Source of the DNA: Pseudomonadota bacterium
Lineage (GTDB): Bacteria; Bdellovibrionota; FAC87; UBA2466
Reading direction: 5' to 3'
NCBI GenBank assembly: GCA_043718025.1
Contig: JAYSWN010000086.1
Span: 1 to 11,620 of the forward strand
Length of the DNA stretch: 11,620 nucleotides
Part shown: positions 1 through 5,867 of the stretch, one piece after another
Layout: every line of letters begins with the position of its first letter
Numbering within the stretch: position 1 is the stretch's first letter
Position numbers and translations under genes: made by a program
The notes under the pieces: generated by a model
Database searches by the model: none
The model's input: the letters and a program-made list of their open reading frames with translations, nothing else
Told to the model about the DNA's origin: nothing

Positions 1-3
1 TCT

Positions 4-15
4 TAAAGCAAGCGG
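4..15 (+). repeat. 12-bp direct repeat TAAAGCAAGCGG, copy 1
   Basis: Identical to 1764-1775; lies just beyond the tcdA stop. Confidence 0.6.
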
Positions 16-42
16 GCGATGGCGTTCGCTTCAGTTTGGTTA

Positions 43-963
43 TCAGCTACGGAGACTCGGTGAAGAATCCTTCGTTTCCGGTGAGTTGGTTTCGCTCTGA
101 ACCGAACTATCGATAAGGGCTTTTACCGCTACCGAGGCGCACACCAGGCCAAAGGCGCCGGTAACGAAGCTGGCGTTTCCTAAAATCAGATTGCGGTTGT
201 CGCATTGAAAATAAGGGTTGTCGCCTTGTGGACAGACGCACTGAAACCCTTTTCCATTATCGTACTTTAATTCGCGGGGTGAAGTCGCGGGCTCCGGTGA
301 GTAGACCGCAGGAATGCCAAACGGTCCGGCTCCATCCGCCGGAAACTGATACTTTTGCCTTAGAATCTTTCTCACTTCGCGAGCCAGCGGATCCACCGTG
401 GTTAAAGCCAAATCGTGGACTCTCACTTGCGTCGGATCCATCCGTCCACCCGACCCCGTTGAACAGACCACCGGTATTTGATTTTCACGGCAATAATTCA
501 AAAGGTGGCACTTCGCCGTAATGTTATCGATTGAATCGATAACGTAATCAGGCCGCTCTTCGAAAATTTGAGCACAATGATCGGCGTTGTAAAAAAGGGG
601 TTTCGAAATGATCTTGGCGCCGGGATTCACGGCTTGCAGTCGCTCACTCATTACCGTGGCTTTGTCTTTTCCGACCAGGCCGTTTAGTGAATGCAGTTGG
701 CGGTTGAAGTTGGTGATGCAAATCTCGTCGAAGTCGACCAGGGTGATTTTCCCCACGCCGCTGCGGGCAATGCTTTCGGCCGCCCATGATCCGACCCCGC
801 CCAGACCAATTACCATCACGTGTGAACGCATTAAACGTTTCATTGGCAGGTCGCCGACTAGCCGCGCCATGCGATCGAAGCGGCGGTGCAGGCGATAATT
901 TTCTAATTCGTCGCCACTGCGCGGGCCTTCAGGATTCAACGTTTCATTTTCCGGGGAAATCAT
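43..963 (-). CDS. tcdA: tRNA threonylcarbamoyladenosine dehydratase (ThiF/MoeB/E1-like family, TcdA/CsdL)
   Basis: 306-aa ORF. It has RFDRMARL, the nucleotide-binding motif VIGLGGVGSWAAESIARSGVG, LVDFDEICITNFNRQLH, VIDSIDN..AKCHL, GSGGRMDPT, DPLAREVRKILR, PAVYSPE and the C-terminal FVTGAFGL. All are characteristic of TcdA rather than ThiF/MoeB, and there are no paired CxxC motifs. Confidence 0.9.
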   Translation of the reverse strand: MISPENETLNPEGPRSGDELENYRLHRRFDRMARLVGDLPMKRLMRSHVMVIGLGGVGSWAAESIARSGVGKITLVDFDEICITNFNRQLHSLNGLVGKDKATVMSERLQAVNPGAKIISKPLFYNADHCAQIFEERPDYVIDSIDNITAKCHLLNYCRENQIPVVCSTGSGGRMDPTQVRVHDLALTTVDPLAREVRKILRQKYQFPADGAGPFGIPAVYSPEPATSPRELKYDNGKGFQCVCPQGDNPYFQCDNRNLILGNASFVTGAFGLVCASVAVKALIDSSVQSETNSPETKDSSPSLRS

Positions 964-966
964 TTT

Positions 967-1734
967 CTACACTCTAAAAAGATTTTTTAAATTCTCGGTG
1001 CTTTGGCCAAGTAAGGCTTGTTTACTTTCGCCGCGGGCTTTCGCCACCACCTCTGCGATTTGGGTCAGCGCCGCCAGCTGATCCGGCAAGGCGACGCCAA
1101 AGCGCTTATCCCAAGGCGCATCGGTTTCTAGCACAAGGTGTGAAGCAGGGATAGATCGCCACAGCGTTTCAGAATTTTTTGCCTTTCGCTCCAACCCCGG
1201 CCCCCCTACCGAAAGCGTGAGCCCCAATTCTAAGTACCCCTGCGCCTCTGCCAATGAGCCATGAAATCGGTGAACCAATCCGCGCCATTTCCCGGCATTG
1301 GCCCTGAGCCGTTCTAGGCATTCGGAGTGCGCTTTGACCGCATGGATAATGACGGGCTTTTGGGCTCTGGCGGCCAATTTCAGCTGGGCGGAAAAGGCCG
1401 CGGCCTGTTTTTGGAGTTCTGCTTCGCCAGTAAAAAAATGGTGATCAAGCCCTAATTCCCCTACCGCAACGATCTGGGGCATTTGCTTCGTCAAATTAGC
1501 CAAACCCTGGGTGATCTCATCTGCAGTGGCCTTAGCCACCCACCAAGGATGAAGGCCAAAGACTAGAGACAGGCTATGTTGGCGCGCGATCTGCTTTTGT
1601 AATTCCCATTCGTCAGGGTGGATGCCACCCGCAATCCAATGCGAGATACCGGCGGTCTGGGCGGCCGCCAGGGCCGCATCTAAATCACGGCCCCAATCGG
1701 GGTGAGCTAAGTGGCAGTGTGCGTCAGTGTACAT
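967..1734 (-). CDS. TatD-family metal-dependent hydrolase/DNase (YjjV-like)
   Basis: 255-aa ORF with DAHCHL, GLHPWW, VGELGLD, IIHAVKAH, VHRFHGS and LETDAP, which are the TatD metal ligands. The stop lies 3 bp before the tcdA ATG, so the two are probably co-transcribed. No obvious Shine-Dalgarno. Confidence 0.9.
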   Translation of the reverse strand: MYTDAHCHLAHPDWGRDLDAALAAAQTAGISHWIAGGIHPDEWELQKQIARQHSLSLVFGLHPWWVAKATADEITQGLANLTKQMPQIVAVGELGLDHHFFTGEAELQKQAAAFSAQLKLAARAQKPVIIHAVKAHSECLERLRANAGKWRGLVHRFHGSLAEAQGYLELGLTLSVGGPGLERKAKNSETLWRSIPASHLVLETDAPWDKRFGVALPDQLAALTQIAEVVAKARGESKQALLGQSTENLKNLFRV

Positions 1735-1787
1735 GCAAGATAGCTTCGCGCGAAAAATAGAGGTAAAGCAAGCGGAGAGGAAAAACC
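1735..1787. promoter_or_regulatory. Short (53 bp) divergent intergenic region with the RBS of the radical SAM gene
   Basis: Lies between the divergent tatD ATG (1734) and radical SAM TTG (1788). It has GGAGAGG at 1774-1780, 7 nt before the TTG, and a perfect palindrome TTCGCGCGAA at 1745-1754. No well-spaced sigma70 -35/-10 pair was identified. Promoter function is inferred from gene orientation. Confidence 0.5.
1764..1775 (+). repeat. 12-bp direct repeat TAAAGCAAGCGG, copy 2
   Basis: Identical to 4-15; lies in the tatD/radical SAM intergenic region and overlaps the start of the SD. Confidence 0.6.
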
Positions 1788-3362
1788 TTGGATTTTTTGC
1801 TGACCACCATCAATGCTCGCTACCAGCACGCCTCGTTAGGCCTGCGCTACCTCTTTGCCAATCTGGGAAAGTGGCAGGCCCACACCAAGCTCATGGAATT
1901 TACGCTCGAGCATCAAGCTACCGATATCGTGGAGGCGATTCTACGCGAAAATCCAAAGGCGGTGGGATTTGGCGTCTACATTTGGAATGTTCAGCTCACC
2001 ACCGAAGCGGTGGAAATATTGAAAAAAGTGGCGCCCCACATTCGCGTGGTGGTGGGCGGACCCGAAGTCAGTTTCGAAATTGAGGGGCAGCCGTTGTGTC
2101 GTCTAGTAGATGCGGTGATTCCGGGGGAGGCGGAAGAGCGCCTCCGCCTCTGGTGCGACGGCGTATTGGGCGAAGGAGCCGGCTTTACTTCAAAGATAGT
2201 AGTAGGGCCGCCGCCTGAGATTTCAGCCATCAAGCTGCCGTACCATCTATACACTGATGAAGACGTGGCCCACCGCGTGATCTACGTCGAGGCTTCGCGC
2301 GGCTGCGCTTACCGCTGCGAGTTTTGCCTCTCGGCTCTCGATGAAAAGGTACGGCTATTTTCGCTTGAGGCTTTTCTAGGCGAATTACAAATATTGATCG
2401 AGCGCGGGGCACGCCAATTTAAGTTCGTCGATCGCACGTTTAATTTGAGCATTCCCGTAAGCACCAGAATTTTAGACTTCTTTCTTGAGCGCTTGAGTCT
2501 TGGCCTGTTTCTTCACTTTGAAATGGTGCCCGAACGACTACCCGAGGAATTGAAAGAGAGAATTAGGAAGTTTCCCAAGGGGGCGCTTCAATTCGAAGTC
2601 GGAATCCAGACGTGGAACCCCGAGGTTTCTAAGGGCATTAGCCGCCCGCAAAATTACGCAAAGATTGAAGAGAACCTCATCTTCTTACGATCGCAGACCG
2701 ACACCCATCTCCACACCGATCTGATTGTCGGCCTGCCGGGAGAAAATGTGGATAGTTTTGGCGTAGGTTTCGACGCCTTAAACCGTTTGCGTCCGCACGA
2801 GATTCAAGTGGGAATTCTAAAACGACTGCGCGGGATGCCGCTTAACCGGCAAATTCAAACGGCCAGTCTTCTCTTTAGCGAAATGCCGCCCTATTCAATT
2901 TTGAGCACCAATTCGTTAACCTTCGTGGAAGTTCAAGAGCTGAAACGGTTTGCAAAGTTTTGGGAGTTGATTGCCAATCGTGGGCAGCTGCCGCGCACTT
3001 TAAATACGATGCGTCTGATTGCCGCGGCGCGGGCTAATCCTAGTTTCTTTGTTTTATTTCGCGAACTCTGTCAGTGGTTGGGGCGGCGTCACCCAAAACT
3101 GCATAGCATTGGTCTGCCCACCTTGATTGAATCGATTTGGCTTTTTTTCAAAGACGACGGGGAGCAAGCCAGTGACTCAATCGGTCACGCTCTGGCTCAA
3201 GACTATTCCGCCGAGGGGAAACGTTATTTGCCGCCATTCTTGCGTCCGTATGCTCCCGCTGATGAGGGCAAGGCTTCACAAATAAAAAAGAGAAGCTCGG
3301 CCGTCTCCACCCCATCTCGTCAGCAACGTCACTCTGAATTCAGCGGCCAACTTGAAGCGTGA
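1788..3362 (+). CDS. B12-binding-domain radical SAM protein (probably the DUF4080-type family); substrate unknown
   Basis: 524-aa ORF with a TTG start and a good SD. The N-terminal region is cobalamin-binding-like (INARYQHASLGLRYL, GFGVYIWN, VVVGGPEVS, GEAE). It has the radical SAM triad EASRGCAYRCEFC (CxxxCxxC), then FVDRTFN, EVGIQT and DLIVGLPGE. Confidence 0.88.
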   Translation: MDFLLTTINARYQHASLGLRYLFANLGKWQAHTKLMEFTLEHQATDIVEAILRENPKAVGFGVYIWNVQLTTEAVEILKKVAPHIRVVVGGPEVSFEIEGQPLCRLVDAVIPGEAEERLRLWCDGVLGEGAGFTSKIVVGPPPEISAIKLPYHLYTDEDVAHRVIYVEASRGCAYRCEFCLSALDEKVRLFSLEAFLGELQILIERGARQFKFVDRTFNLSIPVSTRILDFFLERLSLGLFLHFEMVPERLPEELKERIRKFPKGALQFEVGIQTWNPEVSKGISRPQNYAKIEENLIFLRSQTDTHLHTDLIVGLPGENVDSFGVGFDALNRLRPHEIQVGILKRLRGMPLNRQIQTASLLFSEMPPYSILSTNSLTFVEVQELKRFAKFWELIANRGQLPRTLNTMRLIAAARANPSFFVLFRELCQWLGRRHPKLHSIGLPTLIESIWLFFKDDGEQASDSIGHALAQDYSAEGKRYLPPFLRPYAPADEGKASQIKKRSSAVSTPSRQQRHSEFSGQLEA

Positions 3363-3376
3363 GATCGAGCCCGTCG

Positions 3377-5290
3377 TTAGGATTGCTTGAGCTTCTCGAT
3401 AAAGCGCTCGAGGTAATTTTGTACTCGAATCGACAGTCCAAACCCCAAGATACCAAGCACCATAAGAATTAGGGTAAGCCAGCGGTACCAGTAATGCTCT
3501 TCGTTGGGGATGGTCGGCATTAGGAAAATAAATAGGGCGGCGCCAAAAATTGGCAGCGCCCCCGCCGACCAACAGAAAAGGCGAAGCGTTTTTTCGTTGC
3601 TCTCCAAATCTCGGGTCGCATTTTCCGCTAAGCTCTCTTTGCCCCACCACAGTTTTGGGTATAGGTAGCGGATCATTAAAAGCGAAGTGGCTAAATACGA
3701 ATACGTTCCCGAAACTAAAGCGGACAAAAAGAACGAAACAAAAAAATGACCGTAGGTGGCCAAGGAGGGCAGTGGCGAACTCAAGAAGTGAATGCCAAAA
3801 GGAAATACGATGAAGGAGCAGCTCCACAAACAGCAGGGTATGAAAAAAGTACGAAACGGATGCGATAGCGCAATTTTTCGGTACGACGCTGCAGTCTGCG
3901 ATTTGCCATTTACCACTCGTTTATTGGTGCGAAAAAGGGGCATCACGCGCGGAAATAGGAGCCACGTACCAAGAGCAAAAATGACCGGGTTATATACCAA
4001 GCACAAGTAGCCAAAAACCTGTCTTTGCGAGGCGTTCAGCCAATCGACGATTTGGGTGCCGTTGTAGAGAATGTTAACCAGAGATCCGATGAATTGTGGA
4101 ATCAATACCGCCAGCACGGCGGCGGTTCGTGGTTCACGCCCCATCCAGTCTAAATAAAACGGCGCAGGCCCGGCGGCGTTTGAGGCATTAGCCACCCGCA
4201 AAGCATTTCTGGTTTCAACCGCCCATTGATCCGCACAGGCCCGTTCGGTGGGCACTAAAGATAAACTCTCTTGGTGGCATTCCAAATCCAGCCGCCCCGT
4301 CAAATTCCATAATTCCACCAATTCACTGGTAACTCTAGCCAACGCGTATACGTCACTGGCCGGAGAGAGTCGGCGGAACGAATCGGCACTCAGGTCCGAA
4401 AAACTTTCTTTCTGTTCAGGCGGCATATACGCCTCGGTGCCGCCGAACAGAGTTTGATGGCTATCGGGCGACTCTTTTTCGAACGCGATATTGAAATCGG
4501 TAAGCCACGCTTTTCCGTATAGATCGATGAGGATGTTGCCGGGTTTTACGTCGAGGTGAAGCACGCCACGATTATGGGCGTAGGCCAGTGCCGACGCTAT
4601 TTGCCCCATCCAGCTCAGTACAATTGCCTTGGTGTCGAGCCCAGAAAACTCGGTGCGCTCCCTTAGGCGAGAGGGCAGTAGCCCGTCTCTTTCTCCTACT
4701 GTCCCTTCACTGGCCGAATCTAAAACCGTTAACACTTCGGCACCTGAAGTGGGAATGGCGATTAAGCGTTTGAGCAGTGCCTCCAAAGAAAGGCCAGGTA
4801 CGTAATGGAGGCATAGTAAACGGTTACCCGCGTCCAAACGACTCTCTGAAAAAATTCTAACGATGTGGGGATGGTCGAGCGGGGCCAACGTTCGTGACTC
4901 GGTGCCGAGATTCGGAGTGATCTTGAGCGCTACCGTTCGTCCCAAGGAGATCTGCCGGGCGCGGAACACCGAGCCGAAGGCGCCTTGGCCAAGTTGCTCT
5001 TCTAACTTAAAGTCGCCCAACTGGTCGCCCACTTGAAAGCCGTCGTGGTCGGCCAGGGCACTGACCATGTGCTTTTCATCTATTTTCCAATGGCTAGCGG
5101 CATTTGAATCAAGGTCATTGTCGAGTAGCGATCTGAGGTCATCGACCGCCGAAGGGTTCGATCGAGAAAGGGCGTCCAGTTTTTCAAGGCGGGCTTCCGG
5201 CGGAAGGTGGGTCAGCAGAGCAAATTGTTCGGCCAGCCATTCATGATCGCTTGCCTGAGCGGGGCCGTCGTTAAGAAGTTCATCACTCAA
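3377..5290 (-). CDS. Hanks-type Ser/Thr protein kinase with a C-terminal polytopic membrane domain (about 6 TM), ECF-sigma-associated
   Basis: Kinase motifs: LGQGAFGSVFRA, VALK, LDHPHIVRI, HLDVKPGNIL, TDFNIA, GGTEAYMPPEQ, SDVYAL. About six hydrophobic stretches follow in the C-terminal ~250 aa. I moved the start from the ORF track's 5341 to TTG at 5290, which overlaps the ECF TGA stop (TTGA); this is inference. Confidence 0.9.
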   Translation of the reverse strand: MSDELLNDGPAQASDHEWLAEQFALLTHLPPEARLEKLDALSRSNPSAVDDLRSLLDNDLDSNAASHWKIDEKHMVSALADHDGFQVGDQLGDFKLEEQLGQGAFGSVFRARQISLGRTVALKITPNLGTESRTLAPLDHPHIVRIFSESRLDAGNRLLCLHYVPGLSLEALLKRLIAIPTSGAEVLTVLDSASEGTVGERDGLLPSRLRERTEFSGLDTKAIVLSWMGQIASALAYAHNRGVLHLDVKPGNILIDLYGKAWLTDFNIAFEKESPDSHQTLFGGTEAYMPPEQKESFSDLSADSFRRLSPASDVYALARVTSELVELWNLTGRLDLECHQESLSLVPTERACADQWAVETRNALRVANASNAAGPAPFYLDWMGREPRTAAVLAVLIPQFIGSLVNILYNGTQIVDWLNASQRQVFGYLCLVYNPVIFALGTWLLFPRVMPLFRTNKRVVNGKSQTAASYRKIALSHPFRTFFIPCCLWSCSFIVFPFGIHFLSSPLPSLATYGHFFVSFFLSALVSGTYSYLATSLLMIRYLYPKLWWGKESLAENATRDLESNEKTLRLFCWSAGALPIFGAALFIFLMPTIPNEEHYWYRWLTLILMVLGILGFGLSIRVQNYLERFIEKLKQS

Positions 5291-5865
5291 ACGTCCGCCG
5301 ATTTCATCTCTTTGGCGAGCCAAGCGCGGGCGAAAGACCAATCGCGTTTTACCGTGGCCAATGAAATATCGAGCGCCTTAGCGATGTCCTCGTAATCAAG
5401 ATTGGCAAAGAATTTGAGCTCGACCAACTTTGCTCGCCGCGAATCCACTTTTTCAAATTTTTCAAGCGCCACTTCAAGCCGTAGCAAAAAATCATCGGTT
5501 TCATCATCCGCGGCTTCTTGCTCTTGTTCCTTAATGTAGCGGTAGTCAGTTTTATCGTGGCGTTTGGCGGCAAGGTTACGCCGGGCCCGATCAACCAGTA
5601 CCCGCCTCATGAATGAGGCCACCAGGGCAAAAAAGTGATTTCGGTTTTCGAAATGAATAGAATGTTGTCCAAGTAGTCGTAAAAATGCCTCGTTTACTAG
5701 GGCGGTGGGCTGCAGGGTACCCGGGTAAGCCTCTTTTCGTAAAAAGCCACGCGCCACTTGTTTAAGGTAGGGGTAGACCAAGGGCGTAAGTTCTTCTAGG
5801 GCCTTGGGGTCTCCTTTAGAAAATTCAGCCAAATATCGAGTGATCTGGGCTTTTGTCTCGTTCAT
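5287..5865 (-). CDS. ECF-type sigma-70 factor, kinase-associated (TIGR02999 / Sigma70_ECF-like, ECF43-like)
   Basis: 192-aa ORF with ITRYL..FSKGDPKALEELTPLVY..LKQVA, TLQPTALVNEAFLRL, NRNHFFALVASFMRRVLVDRAR, and the region 4 HTH VELKFFANLDYEDIAKALDISLATVKRDWSFARAWL. The ATG is 2 bp after the rel stop. Confidence 0.92.
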   Translation of the reverse strand: MNETKAQITRYLAEFSKGDPKALEELTPLVYPYLKQVARGFLRKEAYPGTLQPTALVNEAFLRLLGQHSIHFENRNHFFALVASFMRRVLVDRARRNLAAKRHDKTDYRYIKEQEQEAADDETDDFLLRLEVALEKFEKVDSRRAKLVELKFFANLDYEDIAKALDISLATVKRDWSFARAWLAKEMKSADV

Positions 5866-5867
5866 CG

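Noticed and set aside
43..1734. ThiF/E1-like plus TatD pair as an anti-phage system (CBASS Cap2/Bil-like, or QatD-like)
   Set aside because: The E1-like protein has TcdA-specific motifs, and no E2, JAB, ubiquitin-like, cyclase, QueC or ATPase genes are in the window. Housekeeping is the simpler reading.
1727..2083. 118-aa plus-strand ORF spanning the intergenic region
   Set aside because: It is out of frame over the radical SAM gene, has no recognisable motifs or SD, and the radical SAM TTG has its own SD.
1788..3362. Radical SAM gene as miaB/mtaB/rimO
   Set aside because: It lacks the methylthiotransferase N-terminal Cys motif and an evident TRAM domain; the N-terminus is B12-binding-like.
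3363..3376. Intrinsic terminator between the convergent radical SAM and kinase genes
   Set aside because: Only 14 bp, with no convincing hairpin plus U-tract on either strand.
3276..3827. 183-aa minus-strand ORF with a hydrophobic N-terminus
   Set aside because: It is an alternative frame inside the T-rich TM-coding part of the kinase gene and also overlaps the radical SAM 3' end. No motifs. The kinase frame is continuous, so no frameshift is needed.
5291..5341. ORF-track N-terminal extension of the kinase (start 5341)
   Set aside because: It would overlap the ECF by 55 bp. TTG at 5290 gives a typical 4-bp stop/start overlap.
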